NCBI GenBank assembly: GCA_018663865.1
Contig: JABJPM010000031.1
Location: 1 to 46,943 of the forward strand
Length of the DNA: 46,943 nucleotides
Reading direction: 5' to 3'
DNA from: Candidatus Woesearchaeota archaeon
Lineage (GTDB): Archaea > Nanobdellota > Nanobdellia > SCGC-AAA011-G17 > PNOQ01
Position 1 is the stretch's first letter. Each line of letters starts with the position of its first letter. Below, in pieces: positions 22,160-34,815 of this stretch. Below the pieces are notes generated by a model that did not search any database, had not been told where the DNA came from, and saw nothing but the letters and a program-made list of their open reading frames with translations. Made by a program: the position numbers and the translations under genes.

Positions 22160-22712
22160 CTTTTTTCTCCTGTAAATCCTTTAATTCCTCTTTAATCCAA
22201 TTAAGATTTCCCAACCATCCTTGTCTCATTGTAATTCCAATTTTAGGATTGGCAGGATCTTTGAAACTTATTGCAACGATTCTTCCCCTACATTGATCGT
22301 CAATTTTTAATGATCGTTTACTCTCTTTACCAGTTAATACTCCCTCTTTACTAAATGAAACATAATCATCCATTGTTTGAGAAACATGAATCATACCATC
22401 AATTGGGCCCATATCTAAAAATGCGCCAAAATCAGTAATATCAGAAATTTTACCAACAACTACTTCTTGTAATTCTGGTTTAAATACAAATAATTTAAAT
22501 GTAGTTTCATAAAAAGCCGCACCATCGCCAGGAATTATAGCTCCTTCGCCAATTTCGCTAACTTCTGAAACCCCTACTGAGAACCCCAATTCTTCGGAAA
22601 CATATCCTTCATATTGCTCATTTAGACTTTTTACAACAGATTCTCTAACGTCCGTTCCAAATTTAGTTGGAGGTACCCGTACATGATCTTTTATTGTTAA
22701 TTCGTAGAACAT
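22149..22712 (-). CDS. rpoE1: RNA polymerase subunit E' (Rpo7)
   Basis: VRVPP, GEGAIIPGDGAAF, FGAFLDMGPIDGMIHVSQ, IGITMRQGWLG. Confidence 0.97.
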   Translation of the reverse strand: MFYELTIKDHVRVPPTKFGTDVRESVVKSLNEQYEGYVSEELGFSVGVSEVSEIGEGAIIPGDGAAFYETTFKLFVFKPELQEVVVGKISDITDFGAFLDMGPIDGMIHVSQTMDDYVSFSKEGVLTGKESKRSLKIDDQCRGRIVAISFKDPANPKIGITMRQGWLGNLNWIKEELKDLQEKKDGK

Positions 22713-22791
22713 TTTCTATTTTCAGTGAATTTCAACTCTTTTTAAAGCTTTCCTTTATAATTATTTTTTATATGAATAATTGGCATAAAAA

Positions 22792-23139
22792 TCATTTAAC
22801 ATATTTTTTTTGCCTGATAGTTAAGACTTTTATATCTCTTTTTTTCAATCTTCTTTTTAATTGTTGGTCCTGTGTGGCTACCATATCACCTTCGGAAACA
22901 TTATCGAGAATTAATATGTCCACTATATTTAGTTTATCAGTTTCAATGACTTCCAAATTCTTCAATTTAACTAGGTGAATTGCCGCGCGAGAATTAGGAT
23001 TATTCACACTTCTAAGTTCATCAATAGTTTTATCAATTATTCCTATTTCGACCCCAGGATACTCATCATTCAATTGAGAAATTACATCAACCTTATACTT
23101 AATACTATTTACTAAAAAATCTGTGTCTAATATTATCAT
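22792..23139 (-). CDS. PIN-domain protein (Fcf1/Utp23-like)
   Basis: ILDTDFL, TIDEL, VDILI, VATQDQQLKRRLK, IRQKKY. Confidence 0.9.
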   Translation of the reverse strand: MIILDTDFLVNSIKYKVDVISQLNDEYPGVEIGIIDKTIDELRSVNNPNSRAAIHLVKLKNLEVIETDKLNIVDILILDNVSEGDMVATQDQQLKRRLKKRDIKVLTIRQKKYVK

Positions 23140-23169
23140 AGAAATATTCAGAATTGATAGTTTTTAAGA

Positions 23170-23475
23170 TTATTGTATCACTTTTTCAATCAATAATTCC
23201 AGTCTATTAATCTCTTTTTTGATTAATTGCTCTGGACCATCAAAATTGATGAATCTTGATTGTTGATCTGTTTGAACATCATAAAATTTACCCTGGGAGA
23301 AAACAATATCTATCCATTCATTTTTGATTTGTTTCACATATCTCACATCAGCTTTTTCATAATGATTATTTTCATGTGCGATATACCCATGATCATTTAA
23401 ATAATCACCAGGATTTTGTATGAACTCGCCTGGAGAAATGATTTTATTTTTCCAGTATCTTTCATTATTATTCAT
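23170..23475 (-). CDS. Hypothetical protein
   Basis: 101-aa ORF. Confidence 0.55.
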   Translation of the reverse strand: MNNNERYWKNKIISPGEFIQNPGDYLNDHGYIAHENNHYEKADVRYVKQIKNEWIDIVFSQGKFYDVQTDQQSRFINFDGPEQLIKKEINRLELLIEKVIQ

Positions 23476-23632
23476 ATTATCTTGAATCTGCAGGCATTTA
23501 TATATTTTATGAAAAAAACATAACCTTTTGTATGATTCATTTTCTTTTATAAATGAAAATCAAAAATGCGAATAATGGCAATACAAGGCTCTAAACCGCC
23601 AAATTTGAGCAGAAACATTTATAAAGGAATGA

Positions 23633-26101
<2,469 letters not shown>

Positions 26102-26105
<4 letters not shown>

Positions 26106-28495
26106 GTGATAACCTAAAACCAAGATTAATCTCTCAGGAAATGAAAGAGTCCTACATAAATTATGCGATGTCAGTAATCGTGGGTAGGGCACTTCCAAAT
26201 GTAAATGATGGATTGAAGCCAGTGCATAGAAGAATTTTATATGCAATGCATGATCTTGGAATGGTACATAATAAACCTTCAAAAAAATCCGCAAGAATTG
26301 TGGGAGAAGTAATTGGTAAATATCACCCTCATGGTGATTCAGCAGTTTATGATTCTTTAGTACGTATGGCGCAAGATTTCTCATTAAGATATCCATTAAT
26401 CAAAGGCCAAGGAAACTTTGGTTCGATTGACGGAGACTCGCCAGCAGCAATGCGTTATACTGAAGCAAAATTAGACAAAGTTGCAGAGGAATTATTGAAA
26501 GATATAGAAAAAGATACAGTAGATTTTGTACCAAATTTTGATGATCAATTAAAAGAACCTTCAGTCCTTCCAGCAAAATTACCAAATTTATTAATAAATG
26601 GTTCGTCTGGAATTGCAGTTGGAATGGCAACAAATATGCCTCCGCACAATATTTCAGAAACAATAAGTGCAATAATTTCACAAGTAGATAATCCAGAAAT
26701 TACCGATGAAGAATTAATGCAAAAGATTCCTGGGCCTGATTTTCCGACAGGTGGACAAATTCTTGGAAGAAATGGAATAATAAAAGCTTACAAAACTGGA
26801 AGGGGAATAGTAAAAGTAAGGGGAGTATGCGAAGTACAAGAAAATAAAATAATAATTTCTGAAATTCCTTATCAAGTAAATAAAACAACATTAATTGAGA
26901 CCATAGCAAATTTAGTAAGAAACAAAAAAGTAATGGGTATCTCGGATATCAGGGATGAATCAGATAGGAAGGGAATGAGGGTTGTTATCTTATTGAAACG
27001 AGATGCAAATGGAGAATTGATTCTAAATCAACTTTATAGGCACACGCAATTGGCTGGAACTTTCGGAATAAACAATTTAGCATTGGTAAATGATCAACCA
27101 AGAACATTATCACTAAAAGAAATAATTTTCAATTTTATAAAACATCGAAGAACAATAATTACTAGGCGGACACAATTCGATCTAAATAAGGCAGAAACAA
27201 GAGCACACATATTGATTGGCCTAAAAAAAGCATTAGAAAACATAGATCAAGTTGTAAAGACAATCAAACAAAGTGAGAATGTAGCCTTAGCAAAAGAAGG
27301 ATTAAAAACAAATTTCGAACTTTCAGAAGAACAATCGAAAGCAATTCTAGAGATGAAATTACAAAAATTAACCTCATTGGAAACAAACAAAATAACTGAG
27401 GAATATACTGGATTATTAAAATTAATTTCAGAGTTAAAAGAGATACTAGAAAACGAATCAAGAATTTCAGAGATAATCAAAACAGAATTAGAGGAGATGG
27501 ATAATAAATACGGCGGAGAAAGAAGAACAGAAATAATTGATATCGATGAAGCGATCGACGACGAAGATCTAATTGAAAAAGAAGATTGTGTTGTCACCGT
27601 TACCCACAAGGGATATGTAAACAGATTACCCACAGATACTTACCGGCAACAAGCAAGAGGCGGAAAGGGAGTTAGGGCGACAGGAACAAGAGAAGAAGAT
27701 TTCGTTGAAAATTTATTCACGACCAATACTCATGATTATTTGATGTTTTTTTCGAATACAGGAAAAGTATATTGGTCAAAGGCATATACCATCCCATCAG
27801 GATCAAGATATTCAAAAGGGATGCATCTTGTAAACTTATTAAATTTGCAAAAGGATGAAAGAATAAAATCAATCATCCCCATTGCAAAGTTCGAAGAGTC
27901 CTGGTACCTAAATATGGTTACAAAAAATGGACTAATAAAGAAAACTTCACTAAAAGAATATTCTAATCCTAGAAAAGGAGGAATAATTGCGATAAATCTC
28001 AAGGAAGGAGATTCATTAATTGAGGTAATTTTGACTCAAGATGGTGAAGAGTTAATTGTAGCTTCAAAGGGCGGAATGGCCGTCAAATTCAAAGGTGATC
28101 AAATACGTCCGGTTGGAAGGAATTCAATGGGAGTAAGGGCGATAAGGCTTGTTGACGATGAAGTAATAGGAGTCACAAGGGCAAATGATACCTTATTAAC
28201 AATAACTGAAAATGGATATGGTAAACGGACAAAAGTTGACGATTACCGATTAATAAACCGTGGAGGGAAAGGAGTTATCAATATAAAAACTTCAGAACGA
28301 AATGGAAAAGTAGCTGGTGTAAGGTCCGTAACCGACAAAGATGATTTGATTTTTGTGACACAAAATGGAATTTTAATAAGGACCTCAGCAAAAGATATAT
28401 CCACAATTGGTAGGAATACTCAGGGATTGAGAATAATGAAATTAAATGATGGCGATAAAGTAATTTCTGTTGCAAAAGTTATAGGCGAGGATTAA
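26102..28495 (+). CDS. gyrA: DNA gyrase subunit A
   Basis: [25 protein letters not shown] (catalytic Tyr), GyrA-box QARGGKG, C-terminal pinwheel repeats. Confidence 0.98.
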
Positions 28496-29270
28496 TTAGA
28501 TTAATATAAACATCACTAATATTAACTATCTGATCTGCATGTTTTACATCGGTAACTAATTTAGTAATATAATATCCTTCTTCACCATGAGTATAGATAT
28601 CGACTGGAACATTTAATTCATCTCTTATTCGTGTTACAACATCTTCAAACATATCTGTTGCTAAACAAATTTCCTCATTTTCGGAATATGCGCCATAAAT
28701 TTTTAATCCTTGTTTTTCGATTAAAGGAAAAATAATTTCTCCTTTTTTATCCAAGGCATCCTCTAAACTTTCTATTCTATCTTCACTAAGATTACAAATG
28801 CCCAATTCGTGTTTTTCTAATTCTAAAAAAGGTTCAAAACATTCATTCAAAAGAGAATAAAAAAACATTGGATATTTTTCTGGTCTTTTCAAAAAATTAG
28901 TATATGCATCAAATAATATCCGCGCATCTTTGACACCACCATCTTTAAAAATTAATGATGTGTGGTCACCATTATTGGAAATGTGCAAATCCAATTTATA
29001 TTTTGAACAAAAATATTCAGAGGCGGATTTTAAAATATCTGTGAACAATTGAAATCCCCTATGTTCAGGATCAAATTCAACAGATTGTAATTTGATGCCT
29101 TCATGAAGAAGTCTTTCAGATAATCTGTCTCCACTTTTGGAACTACCATATCTGTATTCCAATTCGCCAAGCCTTTTAACAGAAACAAATTTTTCTCCAG
29201 AAATGCCAGCATCATACTCTAAAATTCCATTCAAATATCTTTCCAAATAATTTCCGACATCTCCATCCAT
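28479..29270 (-). CDS. Hypothetical protein
   Basis: 263-aa ORF; convergent 17-nt overlap with gyrA. Confidence 0.6.
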   Translation of the reverse strand: MDGDVGNYLERYLNGILEYDAGISGEKFVSVKRLGELEYRYGSSKSGDRLSERLLHEGIKLQSVEFDPEHRGFQLFTDILKSASEYFCSKYKLDLHISNNGDHTSLIFKDGGVKDARILFDAYTNFLKRPEKYPMFFYSLLNECFEPFLELEKHELGICNLSEDRIESLEDALDKKGEIIFPLIEKQGLKIYGAYSENEEICLATDMFEDVVTRIRDELNVPVDIYTHGEEGYYITKLVTDVKHADQIVNISDVYINLINPRL

Positions 29271-29313
29271 AATGAATCACTATGAGATAGATAACTAAAC
29301 AAACTTTATAAAA

Positions 29314-30567
29314 TTAATCTAAATTTCCGTATCCTATCAATCTCCATCTTGCACCAATCATACGAGAGAGTGTAATTCGATCTCCCTTCGAAGCACAGAC
29401 AGGTTTTTTAAGATCTAAGGATATTAAATCTTTTTTTAAATCAGTGATAAATCCAACTGTCGCTGTAGCATTAACATTAAGCATCAAAGTTTCACCTTTT
29501 TTCACGGGTTCAACAACCAAATCATCTTTAGCACCAACAACCCTCTTCAATAATTCTGGTTTAAATTCGAGTTTTTCCAAAACTTCAGGCATAGTGCCTG
29601 GCAATCCAATAATATTTCCAACTAAACTATCTGTTTTAACAAGGGCAGGATCAAGTTTTGTTTGTATTGCTGCTGATCCCCCGGGAGTAATTTCTTTAAC
29701 ACTATTTTCACCAGTAATCATCCCAGAAATTTCTGTGATAATTGGTTCCCAAATTGTTTTACCGTGTTTCTCCTTTTTCAAACCTGGGCGAATCTCAATT
29801 GTTTCACCAACTTTCAAAATTCCTGCACTCATTGCTCCACCAAGTACGCCCCCAGATATATTTTTTATCAAAGTTCCAGGTTTATTTACATCAAAAGATC
29901 TAGCGATGTAAAATAATGGATCTGCATTAGAATTTCGTTTAGGAGTTTTGAATTGCTCTTGAATAGTCTGAATCAAAACATCTATGTTAATATTATGTTG
30001 TGCAGAAATAGGGATTATGGGTGCATTTTCTGCAATTGTTCCTTTCAGGAAGTTTTTTATTTGTTCATGATTTTTTATCAAATCTTCTTTTGCAACAATA
30101 TCTACTTTATTTTGTACAATAATAATATCCTTTACGCCCATAATCTCCAAGGCCATTAGGTGTTCTCTTGTTTGAGGCTGAGGACAATCTTCATTAGCAC
30201 TAACTAATAAAAGCGCTGCGTCAATAATTGCAGCACCAGAAAGCATCGTGGCCATAAGTGTTTCATGTCCAGGAGCATCAATGAATGAAACTTTTCTCAA
30301 AGGAATAGCTTCAGAATTACAATTTAAACATTTGGGTACCGGCGAATATGCATCCACACCTTTACATTTAGGACATTTATAAAAAACACTATCTGCATAT
30401 CCTAATCTGATCGTGATGCCCCTTTTCAATTCTTCAGAATGGACATCAGTCCATTTACCGGATAATGATTGAGTAAGAGTAGTTTTACCATGGTCGACGT
30501 GCCCCATTAATCCTATGCTGATTTCAGGGACCATTTCTTTTGTTGAATCTTTTTTAGTTTTTACCAT
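29314..30567 (-). CDS. eif2g: Translation initiation factor aIF2 gamma
   Basis: GHVDHGKT, RGITIRLGY, Zn knuckle CPKC..CLNC, DAPGH, QPQTREH, NKVD, SAQH. Confidence 0.98.
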   Translation of the reverse strand: MVKTKKDSTKEMVPEISIGLMGHVDHGKTTLTQSLSGKWTDVHSEELKRGITIRLGYADSVFYKCPKCKGVDAYSPVPKCLNCNSEAIPLRKVSFIDAPGHETLMATMLSGAAIIDAALLLVSANEDCPQPQTREHLMALEIMGVKDIIIVQNKVDIVAKEDLIKNHEQIKNFLKGTIAENAPIIPISAQHNINIDVLIQTIQEQFKTPKRNSNADPLFYIARSFDVNKPGTLIKNISGGVLGGAMSAGILKVGETIEIRPGLKKEKHGKTIWEPIITEISGMITGENSVKEITPGGSAAIQTKLDPALVKTDSLVGNIIGLPGTMPEVLEKLEFKPELLKRVVGAKDDLVVEPVKKGETLMLNVNATATVGFITDLKKDLISLDLKKPVCASKGDRITLSRMIGARWRLIGYGNLD

Positions 30568-30606
30568 GTAAATTTCCTTAAAAATAGTGCATTTATAACT
30601 GTTTCG

Positions 30607-30786
30607 TTACTTCTTAATCTTCTCAATTATTTTTTTATCTACTTCTGGAAAGAATTCTCCAGAAAAACCACAGTTATTACATTTATAAGAATTAAATATT
30701 TTGCCAGAACCATACGCTTCAGTTCCAATATCTGGACTGACATTGGTACTTTGACATTTTGGACATATCCTAATCATCTCGGCCAT
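30607..30786 (-). CDS. Small zinc-ribbon protein, 59 aa (not in ORF track)
   Basis: MAEMIRICPKCQSTNV...YKCNNCGFSGEFFPEV. Confidence 0.8.
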   Translation of the reverse strand: MAEMIRICPKCQSTNVSPDIGTEAYGSGKIFNSYKCNNCGFSGEFFPEVDKKIIEKIKK

Positions 30787-30817
30787 AAAATATAAAAAAA
30801 TTAAAAATATATAAAGT

Positions 30818-31228
30818 TTACTCTTCTTTTTGAGATTTTTCTTCAGTAGCAGGAGTTTCTTCTTCTTTAACTAATCCAAGTGCTTTCTCAAGATCCTCTG
30901 AACCAAATTTAATAATTTTAACATTAAGTTGATTTATAGTTTCATCTATAACATTACCATGAATAGTTTTTCTTTGTTTTATTCCAGGGGCTTTCTTTTT
31001 AGCTCCAACACCAGAAATAATAAGTGGTCTTTTTCTACCATGGACTTGCAAATCTCCCCTCATTGGGAAACCTTGAGCATCAGACCCTCCAGTTATTTCT
31101 AATTCATAACCTTTCAATCCAATTGAGTTGCCATCGACTTTATCTCTGATCTTTTTACCCATGAATATTTGGGCATCGCCTTCTTTCTTGTAACTTTTTC
31201 CTGTTTTTGGATTATTTATAACAAACAT
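30818..31228 (-). CDS. rps6e: 30S ribosomal protein S6e
   Basis: INNPKTGKSY, LEITGGSDAQGFPMR, RKTIHGN, QLNVKI. Confidence 0.97.
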   Translation of the reverse strand: MFVINNPKTGKSYKKEGDAQIFMGKKIRDKVDGNSIGLKGYELEITGGSDAQGFPMRGDLQVHGRKRPLIISGVGAKKKAPGIKQRKTIHGNVIDETINQLNVKIIKFGSEDLEKALGLVKEEETPATEEKSQKEE

Positions 31229-31312
31229 TTTAATTATACCTTTATCCTTGAAACAATATTTCTTTTAAAAAGCTTTCTATATTATAACTTCAAGATTTTC
31301 ATTTGGTGAAAA

Positions 31313-32477
31313 TTATTTAAAATCTTCAATAGAATAAGATTCCGGATAAAATGTTAATAACTCCTCAATATAGGTCATTTCAAGATTTTTATTCTCAGAT
31401 CGTTTAGCACTCCTTATGCCCCTTTCAAGGATCTGAGGGTAATCTCTTTCCAGAGAGATTTGAATTTTTAAATTCTTGCACAATTCTAAAAACATTTTGA
31501 TCATTTCCAGATTCGAAATATTCTCTACTGGCCCTTTCAAACCACATACTCTTCAACGGATCAATTTTTTCAAATTCAACAAGTTTTTCAAAATTCTTGC
31601 CAGCACTAAGGTGGTCACCCAATCTCGCACAATTATATGCTTTCGATAAAAATAGCGTTCGATTTTCGTCATCTTCATTATCTTCTGAAATCAATCCATC
31701 AATTATTTTATTAGATTGAGTATAATGTCTCAACTTATTCAAAACCAAAAATTCAAAATGATCCTGATTCACATGAAATTCACATGCATCAATTTCACCC
31801 ATGCTATCATAGAATGTTGGGTCGATTTGACTTATAGATAATTTGTTTGGAGATTCATTAATTGTGATTGACACCCATGCATGGGGCTGAGTGACATTAC
31901 CAAACTCCCTAGACAGGTAAACATTTCCAGTTTTAGGATTGGAATTAATACTTTTAAAAAGATTAAATGTTTCAATAGTCAAATAGGCATATTTATCACA
32001 ATCTCCCCCTCCCAGGTAAAAATATCCATCTATTGGAAGAAATTCTTCGCCATGTTCTTTTTTAAATTCAGGATCAGAATCTACATTAGAATAGGTTATC
32101 CTATCAGCAACAATCTTGTATGAGAGGCCTATCAATTCATTCGGATCAAGGCGAGATATGGATTCCTTATTGAATCCCATTTCATCGGCCAAGGAAAATA
32201 GCTCATTAGAGAATCTTTCAGGATTCGAGAGATTTGAAAATCCTCCCGAGGAGTCACTAAGTATATCTTCTAAACCTGCCACAGGTTCAACATATTTATT
32301 AGGAATATTTATTAAATCCATTTCAGAAAAATTGAAATAATCAATTTCAAGAGTAGTAGTGAGCTCTGGAACTAGTGCAAAATAGTCAACTGGTTCGCCA
32401 ACAACATAATTTAATACTGCTGTAGTAGAAAGATATGTTCCAGCAATTAGTAATCCAGCTTTAATTAAACTTTTCAT
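31313..32477 (-). pseudogene. Membrane-anchored transglutaminase-like (Cys-His-Asp) plus TPR protein with a frameshift near the 3' end
   Basis: GDCDKYA, HAWV, IDPT; ORFs 31425-32477 and 31313-31540 join if one CT unit is added at 31452-31458. Confidence 0.7.
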
Positions 32478-32537
32478 AAAAAATTAATATATTGGGCATT
32501 TATAAATCTTTCTAATGTAACTACTATGAAGTAAAAA

Positions 32538-34250
32538 TTAAATTCCCCAAGTGGGATTTTCCCTTCTTTTTAATTCGGCAATTTCTCGCAAAACATCTTT
32601 TTCTTTTGGACTTAGATATTTTTTTAAATTCTTCAATGCCACAAAATCTGTTTCAGGAATATCTGAAAATAAAATATCTCCCTCATAAACTTGGCGACCC
32701 ACTGTAACGCCAGTCAATGCAACTGCAACCTGTTTGCCCTCTACAGCCTCATTAACGTTATCTTTACCATCTTTAATTGATTTAAGTATACAAAGCTTGG
32801 ATCCATCTTTAGTAACCGGAGAATTGGCTTTTATGGTCCCGATCAATATTTCGACACCCACAATTGCCGGATCTTTTTGTCTAAAAACATGATCTTTCAG
32901 AATTTCAATTTTAAATGGTTTAACGAGATCTCCTAGTTCAGCAGATTCGAGTCTTTTTGCTTCATCTTCCAACCATTTTTCAGCATCTTCTATTATTTTA
33001 TAAATTACTTTATTTGAGATTACATGGACATTTTCCTCGCCCATATATTCCTTAACATTAAATCCTAGAACTAATCGGTTTAATGCATTTTCTTCAGAAG
33101 ATGCTTCCGACATATCGCCCTTGGTAATATTCCCAATTCCTGCTTTTTTAATTTTGATTCCCTTGCCATGAAGTAACCTAGTTAATGCTTCAAGTGAACC
33201 AAGGGTATCTGCTTTTATCACAATGCCCTCGTTATCTGTCTCAATCATCACTTCTTCCACTTCATGCATTATTTCTTCTTTTATTGAATCTGAGTTTTCA
33301 TTCGCAACGGCGATTGGCATACCAGGAATAACATCCTCCAATCCAGGGCCAGATATTTTGACGGCCGCTGAAGCATGAACCTCCCCTATTGCACAACATT
33401 TATTATTTTCTAAAGTAAACAAACATTTAGCCTTAGTTTCAATTGGTGCACCAACGGATCCAATTAATAATTTATCATTTTGTTTTAATGAGCCTGAATA
33501 AATAACGGTATCAAGAGTTTTCCCCATTCCTTTTTCTTCAGTAACTTCAAGGATTGTTCCCCTTGCTTGACCGCTTACATCAATATTTAATGAATCTTCT
33601 AAGAATTTTTGAGCTAATCCGGTTATCGTCATTAATAATTCTGGGAATCCTTCTCCAGTCATTGCAGAGATAGGGATTATTGCAATTTCTTTAGTGTGAT
33701 CTCGGACTCTATCAAATCTTTCAGAATTGATTCCCATCTCAGAAAGCTTACCAACAATTTCATAAAGTTTCATCTCCATAGCTTGTCTTATTTGATCGCT
33801 TTGTTCACTAAAACTCTGCAAAATGAGTTTATCTGGTTGAGACCTCCATCCACCCATAACATCAATTTTATTTGCTGCGACGACAAACGGAGTTTTATAT
33901 TGTTTGAGGATTTCAATTGCTTCAATTGTTTGAGGTTTTAGTCCTTCGTTAACATCAATAACTAAAATCGCAATGTCTGCAATATTCCCCCCTCTTTTTC
34001 TTAAAGTAGTAAATGCTTCATGCCCAGGACTATCTATAAACAGGATTCCTGGGATTGATAATTTGATATTATTTAATAAATCTCCACAAATTTTTTTTAT
34101 ATTTTCTAATTCAATAGTATATGCAGAAATAGCCTGTGTAATTCCCCCAGCCTCTTTAGCGGCCAATGAACTGCCACGTATTCTATCCAAAATAGAAGTT
34201 TTTCCATGATCCACATGAGCCAATAGCACACAGATTGGTTGCCTAATCAT
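32538..34250 (-). CDS. infB: Translation initiation factor aIF5B (IF-2)
   Basis: AHVDHGKT, GGITQ, DSPGHEAF, NKID, KADTLGSLEAL; start set at MIRQP. Confidence 0.97.
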   Translation of the reverse strand: MIRQPICVLLAHVDHGKTSILDRIRGSSLAAKEAGGITQAISAYTIELENIKKICGDLLNNIKLSIPGILFIDSPGHEAFTTLRKRGGNIADIAILVIDVNEGLKPQTIEAIEILKQYKTPFVVAANKIDVMGGWRSQPDKLILQSFSEQSDQIRQAMEMKLYEIVGKLSEMGINSERFDRVRDHTKEIAIIPISAMTGEGFPELLMTITGLAQKFLEDSLNIDVSGQARGTILEVTEEKGMGKTLDTVIYSGSLKQNDKLLIGSVGAPIETKAKCLFTLENNKCCAIGEVHASAAVKISGPGLEDVIPGMPIAVANENSDSIKEEIMHEVEEVMIETDNEGIVIKADTLGSLEALTRLLHGKGIKIKKAGIGNITKGDMSEASSEENALNRLVLGFNVKEYMGEENVHVISNKVIYKIIEDAEKWLEDEAKRLESAELGDLVKPFKIEILKDHVFRQKDPAIVGVEILIGTIKANSPVTKDGSKLCILKSIKDGKDNVNEAVEGKQVAVALTGVTVGRQVYEGDILFSDIPETDFVALKNLKKYLSPKEKDVLREIAELKRRENPTWGI

Positions 34251-34316
34251 TTTATTAATATATGTCAATTAAAATCTTTTAAAAAGCTTCTTCTTTAAAA
34301 AAAATAAAAAATAAAA

Positions 34317-34517
34317 TTATTTAATAATGAAAAATTTATATTTTTCAGTTTCTGTTTCGAAATAATCCATCAATTTCACACCATAATTTAAGGCTTCCCT
34401 ACGTGCAGCATGCACATCGCCCTGGCTCAATTTGAGATCAACGTATCTTGCAGATTCATCAAATTTGAATTGTTCAATTGAATCATTCATTTCTTTTATT
34501 TTATTACAAATTGACAT
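34317..34517 (-). CDS. Hypothetical protein
   Basis: 66 aa; coupled to the upstream gene. Confidence 0.5.
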   Translation of the reverse strand: MSICNKIKEMNDSIEQFKFDESARYVDLKLSQGDVHAARREALNYGVKLMDYFETETEKYKFFIIK

Positions 34518-34519
34518 TT

Positions 34520-34804
34520 TTATTCATCCTCGCTGAATGTGCCAATATACTCGTTAAGCACTTCAACAATTCTTGGACTAGTATATTCACAATTAAGGCA
34601 TTCAGTCAATGCAGCCGTGCAAGTATCAACGACACCAACAGGATCATAAGAAGAAATTCTAGAAAGTACTCCTTCCAGAGATTCCATTGCATTATTTCTC
34701 AATTCGTGAACATTGTCCGTGGGCTTCGATAACCCATATTTTACTCCGCCCGAAACAGTATCGTGACATCTTTGACAGTTTATTATTGCTCTTTGATATG
34801 ACAT
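34520..34804 (-). CDS. Hypothetical protein with two CxxC pairs
   Basis: CQRC and CLNC; SD GGAGG favours ATG 34804 (alternative 34816). Confidence 0.6.
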   Translation of the reverse strand: MSYQRAIINCQRCHDTVSGGVKYGLSKPTDNVHELRNNAMESLEGVLSRISSYDPVGVVDTCTAALTECLNCEYTSPRIVEVLNEYIGTFSEDE

Positions 34805-34815
34805 TTTGTCCTCCA

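Noticed and set aside
34750-34780. CQRCH as a c-type heme motif
   Set aside because: No signal peptide, and a second CxxC (CLNC) suggests a zinc site; a single CxxCH arises easily by chance.
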